Of a stretch of 64,000 nucleotides of DNA, positions 37,948 through 47,846 are shown one piece after another. The notes under the pieces were generated by a model that was not told the origin of the DNA, did no database searches, and saw nothing but the letters and a program-made list of their open reading frames with translations. Position 1 is the first letter of the stretch. Every line of letters begins with the position of its first letter. The DNA lies in IMG/VR virus record IMGVR_UViG_3300028591_000072, positions 64,001-128,000 of that record. The stretch is one strand, 5' to 3'. The stretch is from a virus. Its lineage: Duplodnaviria; Caudoviricetes. The position numbers were made by a program, and so were the translations under genes.

Positions 37948-40900
37948 ATGGCAAATAACAATCAAACTATATTTCAAAGATTAACTGATGTATTTAGGGG
38001 TTCAAATAGCAATTCAGTTCCTAAAGCAGTACAAACGTCAAAAAGTTTTGATGAAAGGAACGAAGTGCTTTTTTCGACAAATGACAGGGCTGAATATGAA
38101 AGAAAATTAGAAACATTTAAACAGCAAAAATATTTAGCATATCAATGGAAAAGGGCAGGCGCTGACAATTCCATGGAAAGTTTGGCCGGATATAATGCCG
38201 TTAAATTAATGTATCGTGACGTTGACCTTATGGATGGGACTTGTGAAATTGGAAGTGCTCTTGATATTATATCAGAAGAGGCTTGTTTGGATGGTGATAC
38301 ACAAATAAAATTATTAAACGGAAAAGTTTTTACAATCAAAGAATTGTATAATATGCGTTGTAAAGATTTTTGGGTTTATTCTGTTGACGAAAATGGAATT
38401 TGTATGCCATCGCACGTTGATAGTGTTATTTATAAGGGTAAAAAAAACATTATAGAAATAACGCTTGACGATGATACTGTGATAAAAATTACGCCAGACC
38501 ATAAATTAATGTTGTCAAATTGTGAATGGAAAGAGGCATCTGATTTGGTTGAAGGTGATTCTTTAATGTCAATATATGACTCAAAGGATAATTTAGGATA
38601 TGAACAAATCATATCTTCTACCGAGTATAAAAAAAGGCCAACACATCGTGTTGTTGCTGAAAACGTTTTAATTGATGAAAAAACGATTTTATTGGAAAAA
38701 AACACAAATAACCAAAAAATAGTTATTCATCATAACACATTTAATAAATCGAACAATGACCCATCTGCATTGACATATATGTATTGGGATGAACATCAAA
38801 AATTACACACAGATTTAAATAAAAAAAGATGGGAAAATAAAGAATGGGCTGATAAGATGAAAAAAATATTTTCAAAAACAGCCAAAAAAACATGGAAAGA
38901 ACAAAGAAATAATTTCATAGAAAAATTTAAAATCGCTCAAAAAAAACGTATTGAAAAAATGAGCGAAGAAGAACGTATTAAATATTTCGGGAGAAAAGGG
39001 AAAAATAATGGTATGTTTGGTATACATAGATATGGCAAAAGCAATCCAAACTATAATAAAACAGTAAGCAGAATAAATAATATAAATGAAAAAGAATACA
39101 TTGATACAATTTTAAATAACGGTGGAAGGAAAGAATTAAAAAATAAGTTTAATTTGACAAAAAATGACGTTATTGAATATAATAGGTATTTATGTAAAAA
39201 ATACAAAATAAATAATATTTTTAATTTAAAATTTAACGATGAAATCTTTACGAAAATTAAAGAAATGATTATAAATAACCCATCTTTAACTCTATCTGAA
39301 ATTTCAAAAAATATTAACATATCAAAAAACACAATTAGCACAATATTAAAAAAACACGATACATCATTTAAAGATATACAAATAAAAAGTGACGTTTGGA
39401 AATATTATAAAGTTGACGAAAAAGAATATATTAATACGATTGCTTATTTAGACACTTATAATTTTAATGAAAAGTTATCAAATAAATTTAATTTAACAAA
39501 AAAACAGATTTCAAGGTTAAATAAAGAAATATTAAAAAAATACGATTTAAAAAGAATTGACCATTTAAAATATGTATTTAACGAAAATTATAAAATTTCA
39601 AAAATTAAGAAACTTATTTCCTATGGAAAAAATAAAAGTGAAATCTTAAAAGAATTATCATTATCAAATTTTCATCTTTTACAAATATGTAAAGAGAACG
39701 GATATAAAGATTATCAAGATTTAAAAAAATCATTATATAACCACAGAATTAAATCAATAAGAAAAATAGAAGAAGAAAGCGATGTATTTGATTTATTGAA
39801 TTCATCAACAAACAATTGTTTTGCAATAAAATGTAACAATGGACATATAATATCGCATAATTGCCCAATTAATTCTGAAGGATTAATGATTAACATATAT
39901 TCAAAGTCAAAAAGAACAAAGTCAATACTAGAAGATTTATTTGTAAACAGGTTACACATTTATACTGAGTTACCAATGATTGCCCGTCACGTAACAAAAT
40001 ACGGAAATACATTTATGCTTTTGAATATAGACAAGTCAAATGGCGTAATGGGGTGGATGATGATGCCTGTTTATGAGGTTGATAGGGAAGAAAACGGATA
40101 TGGGTCAACATACACACAAACAGTTCCACGTCAAACAACTGACATAAAACCTGACGAAATAAGGTTTGTATGGAAAGGGCACAACGGAGATAATGCTTAT
40201 TTCAATTGGCAAGTGGCACATTTTAGATTGCTAAACGATTCGTTTTTCCTACCTTATGGCGTATCAATGCTTCATAAAGCACGTAGAGCGTGGAGAATGT
40301 GGTCAATGATGGAAGATGCAATGCTTATTTGGAGATTAGATAAGGCAATTGAAAGACGTGTTTATAAAGTATATGTTGGCGCAATTGACGATGCTGACGT
40401 TCCTGCATACATAAACGAAATTGCAAATAATTTTAAAAGAACACAAATAATAGACCCAGTTACGGGTCAGGTTGATTTAAGAAAAAACTTTTTAGACGTT
40501 TCAAGCGACTATTTCATTCCTGTAAGAAGAGAGGATGCCCCAAATCCAATTGAAACATTACAGGCGGCAAACAGCCAAGTTCAAATGGAGGACATTGAAT
40601 ACATGCAAAATAAAATTTTTGCAGCAATGAGAGTTCCAAAAACTTTTTTAAATTTCCAAGAAGCGCAAGGTAAAGGCCAGAATCTTTCATTTATGGATGT
40701 CAGGTTTGCAAGAATGATTGTAAGAATACAACAATTTTTGTTAATGGAACTTAACAAAATAGCAATGATACATCTATACTTAATGGGGCTTTCAGATGAA
40801 ATAGGAAACTTTTCATTAACTCTAAACAGCCCATCAACAGTAATAGAAGGACAAGAACTTGAAGATTTACAAAAACGTCTAACAGCAATGCAAACAGCGC

Positions 40901-41637
40901 TTGCTGACCCAGGAACCGGTATTCCAATGATGTCAATGCATAGAGCACTTAAAAAGATAATGAAAATGAGTGACGAAGAAATAAGGGACATGTTCAATGA
41001 AATCCGTTTGGAAAAAGCAATGGCTGCTGAATTAGCTGCAACGCCTAACATAATAAAACATTCAGGAATGTTTGACGTAACAGATAGAATATATGGGGAC
41101 TATGCGGCAATGCATGGAGGTGGAACGCAGCAACAACAAGATAGCGAAAATGACGGAATGGGCGGCGGAGGAGGTGGCCCAATTGGCGGTGGTTTAGGCG
41201 GCGGAGATTTTGACATTGGAGAACCAGGTTCTGATACAGAAGGTGAACTTGGAGGCGAAGAAGGAGAAACCGACATGGAAAGTGCGCCAAATGCCGACAA
41301 CGGAACGCCATTAAATGAGCAAAAATTAAATACGACAAAATCATTTACAAAAAAATATTTTGAAAACATTAACGAAAACAAGTCACAATTAAAAAAAGCG
41401 CCAACTTCTTATTTTGACTTATATATGAATCTAATATCAGAAAGTCAAAAAGAAGAAGATGAAGTTGATGATGTTATTGATTACGACATTAAAAATAAAA
41501 CTTTACAAGAAAACATTAAAAGCATTTGCGATAAAATAGATTCTCTTATTGATGAGGATGAAATAGCACGTGAAAATTTAATAAATGAGGCCATATCCGA
41601 TTTAAATACGATTTCAGGTGAAACACTTAATGAATAA
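37948..41637 (+). CDS. Portal protein (T4 gp20-like) containing an intein
   Basis: EIGSALDIISEEA|..|CP, PYGVSML, MMEDAMLIWR, ERRVYKV, DYFIPVR, EDIEY..AMRVPK. Confidence 0.9.
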   Translation: MANNNQTIFQRLTDVFRGSNSNSVPKAVQTSKSFDERNEVLFSTNDRAEYERKLETFKQQKYLAYQWKRAGADNSMESLAGYNAVKLMYRDVDLMDGTCEIGSALDIISEEACLDGDTQIKLLNGKVFTIKELYNMRCKDFWVYSVDENGICMPSHVDSVIYKGKKNIIEITLDDDTVIKITPDHKLMLSNCEWKEASDLVEGDSLMSIYDSKDNLGYEQIISSTEYKKRPTHRVVAENVLIDEKTILLEKNTNNQKIVIHHNTFNKSNNDPSALTYMYWDEHQKLHTDLNKKRWENKEWADKMKKIFSKTAKKTWKEQRNNFIEKFKIAQKKRIEKMSEEERIKYFGRKGKNNGMFGIHRYGKSNPNYNKTVSRINNINEKEYIDTILNNGGRKELKNKFNLTKNDVIEYNRYLCKKYKINNIFNLKFNDEIFTKIKEMIINNPSLTLSEISKNINISKNTISTILKKHDTSFKDIQIKSDVWKYYKVDEKEYINTIAYLDTYNFNEKLSNKFNLTKKQISRLNKEILKKYDLKRIDHLKYVFNENYKISKIKKLISYGKNKSEILKELSLSNFHLLQICKENGYKDYQDLKKSLYNHRIKSIRKIEEESDVFDLLNSSTNNCFAIKCNNGHIISHNCPINSEGLMINIYSKSKRTKSILEDLFVNRLHIYTELPMIARHVTKYGNTFMLLNIDKSNGVMGWMMMPVYEVDREENGYGSTYTQTVPRQTTDIKPDEIRFVWKGHNGDNAYFNWQVAHFRLLNDSFFLPYGVSMLHKARRAWRMWSMMEDAMLIWRLDKAIERRVYKVYVGAIDDADVPAYINEIANNFKRTQIIDPVTGQVDLRKNFLDVSSDYFIPVRREDAPNPIETLQAANSQVQMEDIEYMQNKIFAAMRVPKTFLNFQEAQGKGQNLSFMDVRFARMIVRIQQFLLMELNKIAMIHLYLMGLSDEIGNFSLTLNSPSTVIEGQELEDLQKRLTAMQTALADPGTGIPMMSMHRALKKIMKMSDEEIRDMFNEIRLEKAMAAELAATPNIIKHSGMFDVTDRIYGDYAAMHGGGTQQQQDSENDGMGGGGGGPIGGGLGGGDFDIGEPGSDTEGELGGEEGETDMESAPNADNGTPLNEQKLNTTKSFTKKYFENINENKSQLKKAPTSYFDLYMNLISESQKEEDEVDDVIDYDIKNKTLQENIKSICDKIDSLIDEDEIARENLINEAISDLNTISGETLNE
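38284..39861 (+). mobile_element. 526-aa intein with HNH endonuclease, NUMOD3-like and HTH repeats in the portal
   Basis: CLDGDTQIKLL, ITPDH, THRVVAE..IHH..NKSNND, GKNNGMFG, VFDL..IISHN|C. Confidence 0.9.
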
Positions 41638-41666
41638 TAAACTATTTATAAAGAAAAAAGTTTAAA

Positions 41667-42578
41667 ATGGAAAATGCAATAAATTCTTTCAAGACAATAA
41701 AAGAAGTAGAAAATTATAAAAACGAAATAATTAAAGAGTGTAATGAAAGAATCAATTTTATAAAAATGATTCAAAAGGCAGATTATCTGTCAAATAGCCA
41801 ATTTGGGTACATAAAAGAATGTTTTGAGTCAATTTCTCCTGAATTATTTACGTCAAAAGGCGGAAAAAAAATATTAAACAAATATACATCTGTAATAAAA
41901 GAAAGCAATAATCTTTCAACAATGCATAGTATATGCGAAGCAATAAGAAAATCAGGAAAAGGAACGGATTCTTCGTTTGTTATTAATAAAATATTAGAAA
42001 GCAACAGTTCAAATATAGACAGGTCAACCTTGAAAAATGAAATAAAGTCATTAGGAATGATTTTGGCTGAAGGCTATTTGTATCTTGGAGAAAAAGCAAA
42101 TAATTTATTACCAAAAGAAAACAAGAAACTATATTCTGCAATTGGATATATTACAGAGAATAAGAGCAATTTGAAAAATATATCAGAATATACAAATGCA
42201 ATTGAAGTAATCAAGGAAAACATAGAAAACAAAGAAAAGGAAACAAACGTTTTTGAATCAAGAAATTTGGATGACTTAGCAAATGAATTGTTGGAAGAAT
42301 TCAACAAAAAATATTCAGAAACATTAAACGAAGAAGAAGCAAAGGTACTAAAGGAAATAGCTTCAAGCGAAAATCGTGAAGAAATATTTGAGAAATACAA
42401 GTCATTGTGTGCCGAATCAATTTTAGTCGCAAAGAAGTCATTTGAAGAAAAAGGTGATGAAAATTCAAGCAAAAGATTATCTTCAGTTCTCGAACAAGTG
42501 AATGGAAAAAAATATTCATTGGATACCGTTGGAGAAGATATTTGCAATTTAATAGAACTTTCAAATATTTTTGAATGA
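41667..42578 (+). CDS. Late hypothetical protein (head module)
   Basis: Late motif at 41641; FNKKYSETLNEEE; many IxE sites. Confidence 0.65.
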   Translation: MENAINSFKTIKEVENYKNEIIKECNERINFIKMIQKADYLSNSQFGYIKECFESISPELFTSKGGKKILNKYTSVIKESNNLSTMHSICEAIRKSGKGTDSSFVINKILESNSSNIDRSTLKNEIKSLGMILAEGYLYLGEKANNLLPKENKKLYSAIGYITENKSNLKNISEYTNAIEVIKENIENKEKETNVFESRNLDDLANELLEEFNKKYSETLNEEEAKVLKEIASSENREEIFEKYKSLCAESILVAKKSFEEKGDENSSKRLSSVLEQVNGKKYSLDTVGEDICNLIELSNIFE

Positions 42579-43303
42579 TGAAAAAGGTTGTTATTACAGA
42601 AGAGCAATTAAGTCATCTTGTCATGCAAGAACAATATGAAATTTTTCTTGCGCAACAGCTCAACGAATCATTGGATTTTAATTCCATAAAGAAAAAGATA
42701 AAAAGGGCGTTATTGGCCGGCGCAACGGCAGCAGCAATACTTGGTGCAGTTGCAAGGATGAACATTAACGACAATCAAAAATTAGAATTGGAACAAATGG
42801 TTGAATTGTTTTCAGACAGCATACAGCATACAGACACAATACATGAACAAAAAGTCCAAGCATGTAAAGAATATATGGAATGGGCAATGAAAAACCAAGG
42901 ATATTCTTTGGAAACAACGCAATTAACGCCAGAAGCGTTGGTTACTGCATGTGAAGAAAATAATTTTAGTTTACCATTTACCATGGCAATAGCAAACTTG
43001 GAATCTTGTTTCGGACAAACTCCAAGGTCAAAAAGGACAAACAGCGTGTTTTCTGTTGGCTCTTATGACAACGGAAAAAACGTATGCACATATTCAACCC
43101 CAGATGAAAGTATTGCTCCTTTTATTAACCTGATAAAGACAGATTATCTTCAAGATGGAGAAAAAACTATTGGGGATTTGCTGAAAACAAACGGGTTTGT
43201 AAACATGAATGGACATAGATATGCTTCGAACAAAAAATATGAGGGTCAGGTACAAAGCATAATGAACAGAATCGTTAAAATGTATCCTATACTTAATTCA
43301 TAA
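42575..43303 (+). CDS. Glucosaminidase/lysozyme-fold peptidoglycan hydrolase with leader
   Basis: KKVVITEEQL leader, LNES; AIANLESCFG..NSVFSVG..YSTPDESI..YASNKKY. Confidence 0.7.
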   Translation: MMKKVVITEEQLSHLVMQEQYEIFLAQQLNESLDFNSIKKKIKRALLAGATAAAILGAVARMNINDNQKLELEQMVELFSDSIQHTDTIHEQKVQACKEYMEWAMKNQGYSLETTQLTPEALVTACEENNFSLPFTMAIANLESCFGQTPRSKRTNSVFSVGSYDNGKNVCTYSTPDESIAPFINLIKTDYLQDGEKTIGDLLKTNGFVNMNGHRYASNKKYEGQVQSIMNRIVKMYPILNS

Positions 43304-43322
43304 GAGCAAAAAATGGCGGTGC

Positions 43323-44219
43323 TTAAACATCGCCATTTTCTTTTTCAATATCACCATTCAAATATCGTCTAAGAATCATTTTTATTTTTGCATCTTTAAT
43401 TTTTTCTTCTTTTTCTTTAATTTTTGCTGTATATAACGCATATGCTTTTCCAATTTTATCAATTAAATATTGATATGACCTTTTTGTTATCATTTTTAAT
43501 GTTGGAAGAACACGCTCTATGTCACAATGTAAGATGTCATGACCAACTAACCAATACGCTGCAATAAAAAAATATGAATTGTTCATATCATATTTTGATA
43601 ATGTTTTTTGTGAATTTTTCAATAATGTGTATAAGTCATTTATTTCGTTATCTTGTATAAATTCAATATAATTTTCATATTTTTTATTTTTTTTCATTGC
43701 AGAAGAAAATGTCCCGTTAACAAATGCACTTATTTCATTTCTGTTACTATAATATAAAAGTTCACAAATTGTGCTAATAACAGGGTTTCTATTTCGTATT
43801 CCTTGATATATGGCATCATAAACGTCCGTATGTATTGTTCTGCCGGCGTTTTTGCATTCCCAATAATGACTGCATTCATGCATTATAGTGTCACTAACAT
43901 CGAATGTATTCATAACTCCACCAATGAAATAAAGTCCTAAATATATTGTGTTTGTCTCATATGAATATCCATCATAACGCCCAGTTTCATTTATCCAAGT
44001 TAATGCATCTTCGGGTTTATTAAATTCTTTATAGACAAAATCAACATTAACATCAGATAGTTCTGTTTTTACATTGAAAATTTTTTCTGTTATGCCATTA
44101 TTCAAATAGTCATACACTTTTTTTTCAATTAAATCAGATAGTTTAACTACTTCATCGGCGATTCCTAACTCTTCATTAATCGCATTTTCTATTTGTTCTT
44201 CAAGTATTTTGTTTCTCAT
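43323..44219 (-). CDS. HExxH metallopeptidase-like protein with leader
   Basis: AINEELGIA; TIMHECSH..EISAFVNG. Confidence 0.6.
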   Translation of the reverse strand: MRNKILEEQIENAINEELGIADEVVKLSDLIEKKVYDYLNNGITEKIFNVKTELSDVNVDFVYKEFNKPEDALTWINETGRYDGYSYETNTIYLGLYFIGGVMNTFDVSDTIMHECSHYWECKNAGRTIHTDVYDAIYQGIRNRNPVISTICELLYYSNRNEISAFVNGTFSSAMKKNKKYENYIEFIQDNEINDLYTLLKNSQKTLSKYDMNNSYFFIAAYWLVGHDILHCDIERVLPTLKMITKRSYQYLIDKIGKAYALYTAKIKEKEEKIKDAKIKMILRRYLNGDIEKENGDV

Positions 44220-44875
44220 CTTAAATTGTTTATATATTTATCCAAACCATTAAAATTGAATTGAACCAATATGTCGGTGAATTCACAACTATTCAACTCA
44301 TTTTCAAATGATTTACCGGTTCTATTATCAAAGTACCACAATTCTTTAAAATAAACACTTAACGGCATTATTGAAGGTATCATTTGACTATCACCATCTA
44401 TAAGTATTTTTCTTTGTGATTGTGTGTTTTTATTTATTAATCTTGAACAAGCATGCCCATGCTTATAAAGCTTATGGTATTCCGTTGGTGTTGCGCTTCC
44501 GTTTTTATTCACCAAATCAGAATACAAACAATCTTCAACATGTTCGTTTTTGGTGTATTCAAACACCTCGTAATGTATTTCTTCATTCGGAAACGGCATT
44601 GTTATATCATAGCCCATATAATTGTTTTCTACAAGATGGAAGTCACGTTCAATATTAAGCCCAAACTTAAAAATTTCATTAAGTTTTGGAAGCAATATTT
44701 CTCTGTGATATTCTGTCGTATAATGATGTCCATTTTCATTCCATTTACGATAAAAGTATTTTTCATCGACTATCGGGAAATCAATGATTCCATCAACTTT
44801 GTAATCCAAATACCTATTGACATTTGGAAGACGAATGAAAACAGCCTTATCCTTTATTTTATCAAAATAACTCAT
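44216..44875 (-). CDS. Hypothetical protein with possible SGNH/DHHW-like C-terminal motif
   Basis: KILIDGDSQ..PLSVYFKELWYFDNR. Confidence 0.45.
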   Translation of the reverse strand: MSYFDKIKDKAVFIRLPNVNRYLDYKVDGIIDFPIVDEKYFYRKWNENGHHYTTEYHREILLPKLNEIFKFGLNIERDFHLVENNYMGYDITMPFPNEEIHYEVFEYTKNEHVEDCLYSDLVNKNGSATPTEYHKLYKHGHACSRLINKNTQSQRKILIDGDSQMIPSIMPLSVYFKELWYFDNRTGKSFENELNSCEFTDILVQFNFNGLDKYINNLR

Positions 44876-45267
44876 TATTTCACAAATATTCTTAATTCTT
44901 CTTCAACAGGAACAATTAAATTGCCCTCCGGATACTCAATTCCATCGCCACAAGTTAAATCTCCGTTAAATTTTATTTCAAACCACCCATTGAAAACGCC
45001 TTTTTTAGCAACGTCCTTTTCAGTCCATTTATATTGAAGTATGTATTTTTCATCACAACCCCCGTCATTTGCAAGAACAATGTTTGCCTTTGCCTTGGCA
45101 ACTTTTAATAAACCGGTTTCTTCATCTTTCATACTAAAAGTCACAACGCTGTCTTGTAACGCATCATTAATCAATGATTTTTGGAAATCATATCTTCCAT
45201 CATTTATCAATTCCATCTCTAAAAAAGGCAAAATTGAGTATTGCCTAACATAGAATTCCTGAGCCAT
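44875..45267 (-). CDS. BppU-N-like baseplate-associated protein
   Basis: FYVRQ..LP.LEMEL..VTFSM..LQYKWT..D..G.F.GWFEI; late motif at 45283. Confidence 0.55.
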   Translation of the reverse strand: MAQEFYVRQYSILPFLEMELINDGRYDFQKSLINDALQDSVVTFSMKDEETGLLKVAKAKANIVLANDGGCDEKYILQYKWTEKDVAKKGVFNGWFEIKFNGDLTCGDGIEYPEGNLIVPVEEELRIFVK

Positions 45268-45291
45268 AATTTAATTTTTTCTATAAATAGT

Positions 45292-45738
45292 TCATTTTCT
45301 TGATTTATAGTATTCAAAACCATTCTCAGTAATATACTTCTTTATGCCAGGTATTATTTTCGATACACATTCTTCATTGATTTTTTTTGTCAAATCAACA
45401 AATTTTCCACAGGTCTTTATTTCGTCTGTCAGTTTCACAAATACCTGCATTTCAAAGTATGATTTTTTATTTATCGCAACCCTACCATCTGCAATGTCGG
45501 AAACAAATATAAAGCCATTCTTACACATTCCGCTTTCTTGTATAACATCCTCAATAAGAGATTTTGTTTTTTTCTCAATCCTTGATATATACGGCTTGTA
45601 AGTTTCCTTTTCTTCCTTTGGAGAAATATAAGAACCCAATTCAATATAAACAACATCAGGATTCTTTTTATCCATTGTTCCAATCTTTATCTTAAAGTCA
45701 TTGTCCTGAAATTTCGATTCACTTTTTATCTTCTTCAT
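45292..45738 (-). CDS. Hypothetical protein
   Basis: 148-aa ORF with upstream TTGACT..TATTAT. Confidence 0.7.
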   Translation of the reverse strand: MKKIKSESKFQDNDFKIKIGTMDKKNPDVVYIELGSYISPKEEKETYKPYISRIEKKTKSLIEDVIQESGMCKNGFIFVSDIADGRVAINKKSYFEMQVFVKLTDEIKTCGKFVDLTKKINEECVSKIIPGIKKYITENGFEYYKSRK

Positions 45739-45786
45739 TTTAGTCTTTTAAAAAATATAATATTTTTTAAAAAAAAGTCAAATCGC

Positions 45787-45900
45787 AAAAAAATAGGAGT
45801 CCTTGCGCACGGGCTCCTTTTATGGCTAACCTTGTGACCTCCATTGGAGATTTGGGCAGTGCCAGTATTTCAATCAATTAACATATTTCCCAATCTTTGT
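45787..45900 (-). ncRNA. Candidate late non-coding RNA (about 110 nt)
   Basis: Late motif 45906-45914, GC-enriched ORF-free body, terminator ggagccc-gtgcgcaa-ggactcc plus T-run. Confidence 0.5.
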
Positions 45901-46002
45901 TTATCATAAATAGTTTGAATAATGTTATTTTTTGTAATTTTACTCCAAAAATAGAACTATTTATAACAAATAAATGATTATCAAAAACAAAAAAAATATA
46001 TT

Positions 46003-47805
46003 ATGGCACTAAAAGTATGGTTACCTTTAAATAAAGATTTGAGAAGTGTTGGATTAAGCAAGGTTACTGTTATTAATAACGGTGCTACGTTAGATAATAA
46101 TGGTATTATTGGTAAATGCTATAACTTTTCTTTTGGAAATTATATTGGATTAGATGCAAAAAATGTAAATAATCATAAATATTCACCAATTTCTATTGCA
46201 TTATGGGTTTATCAAACAAAAAACTATTCAACAAGAAGAAGTGTTTTTGGGTGTTGGGAAGATGGAGGAGGAGGATTCTATGTTGAAAGCCAAAAAATGG
46301 GATTTAACCTTTATATTGGTGGAGAATATCAATCTTGTGAAATGCCATCAACATTGTCTATAAACACATGGCATCATATTTGTGGAACTTACGATGAAAA
46401 AGTTATGAGATTGTATATAGATGGTGTAGAAGTTAAAAAAATATCTGTTTCAGGAAAAATAACATATCATTCCACTTGTCCTTGGGAAATTTGTGGAAAT
46501 CCAAGAGCCACTGATTTTGCAATCGGAGATTTTGAAGGTAAATTCAACGACATTCGCATATACGACCATTGTATATCTGAAAGTGATGTTAAAAGATTAT
46601 ATCAGCAAAAACTATTTGAACTAATTCCATATAGTGGAGCCAAAGATGTGTTGTTTGACAGAAGTGGATTAATTAATATGCCATTAGTAAATAATGGCGC
46701 TGAGTTCAATGTTAATTACTTACATTTTGACGGAACAAATGACCAATTAAGACCAAAAGTCACAAATGACGGATTTAACATTTCAGGTGGAACTTTATCA
46801 ATATGGTTTTCACCAACAGAAAAACCAAATAAAAACAGATTAATATACACAGATGAAAAATCGCACATGTCTATTGGGTTTAGTTCAACAGGAAATTCAT
46901 TAATTGTAAGATGTGGTACTAGTAACGGAAACACAAACACTTTTTCAACTACAGGAATTTCTTGGGGTGAATTAAACAATGTAGTTGTCACATACAATAA
47001 TACAATGCCGCAAATTTGTTTAATAAATGGAATTGTTCCTTCTGTTTATAATACATCAACAGGATTTACAGAAACGACAGGAAAAGGTCTTACAATAGGA
47101 GGAAGACAATATAACACAACTTCAAGATTTGATGGTAAAATATATAAAGTTGCTGTTTATAATAGGCAATTTACACAAGATGAAGCTGTAGAATTGTATA
47201 ATTCTGAACGAGGAATGTTTTTGCCTGATGATTATATACAATTGGAATATATTGAGGGAACAGGTTCCCAGTGGATTGATAGTGGAGTAAAAGCAAATCA
47301 AGACACAGTAGTTGAAATTGAATTTGAAATAACTGGAAATGCTACTGGATATGGCGCAGTATTTGGTGCAAGAACAAATAGTTCAAGTAATAGTTTTCTT
47401 GCATGGACAAAATGTGGAAACGGAAAAATTGGAGTGCAAATTGGAAATTCAGGAAGTAAAAACTGTAACACATCACAAGCTTTAAATGTTGTATACAAAC
47501 TAAAAGTATCAAATGGTAACATAACAGTTAATGGAGATTCTGCTAATTTTACTCCTGTTTCAGATTTCGAAACGCCATTAAATGTAAGAATATTTAATAT
47601 AGCAAATGGAAACACAAGTTCATCAGGAACAGGTAATAGAATTTTAATAGGAAAAGTATATTCATTTAAATTATATGAATCTGATATTATAATTAGAAAT
47701 ATGATTCCATCAAAACGCAAATCTGATAACGTAATAGGAATGTATGATATGGTATCAAGACAATTCTTCACAAATTCAGGTAGTGGTTCGTTTACAGGAG
47801 CATAA
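46003..47805 (+). CDS. LamG/ConA-like domain tail or baseplate protein
   Basis: TWHHICGTYD..LYIDG..DIRIYD; second LamG; YIQLEYIEGTGSQWIDSG..GMYDMVS..FFTN. Confidence 0.8.
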   Translation: MALKVWLPLNKDLRSVGLSKVTVINNGATLDNNGIIGKCYNFSFGNYIGLDAKNVNNHKYSPISIALWVYQTKNYSTRRSVFGCWEDGGGGFYVESQKMGFNLYIGGEYQSCEMPSTLSINTWHHICGTYDEKVMRLYIDGVEVKKISVSGKITYHSTCPWEICGNPRATDFAIGDFEGKFNDIRIYDHCISESDVKRLYQQKLFELIPYSGAKDVLFDRSGLINMPLVNNGAEFNVNYLHFDGTNDQLRPKVTNDGFNISGGTLSIWFSPTEKPNKNRLIYTDEKSHMSIGFSSTGNSLIVRCGTSNGNTNTFSTTGISWGELNNVVVTYNNTMPQICLINGIVPSVYNTSTGFTETTGKGLTIGGRQYNTTSRFDGKIYKVAVYNRQFTQDEAVELYNSERGMFLPDDYIQLEYIEGTGSQWIDSGVKANQDTVVEIEFEITGNATGYGAVFGARTNSSSNSFLAWTKCGNGKIGVQIGNSGSKNCNTSQALNVVYKLKVSNGNITVNGDSANFTPVSDFETPLNVRIFNIANGNTSSSGTGNRILIGKVYSFKLYESDIIIRNMIPSKRKSDNVIGMYDMVSRQFFTNSGSGSFTGA

Positions 47806-47846
47806 TAAAGCATAAAATACTATTTATAACAAAGAAGTTAAACAAA

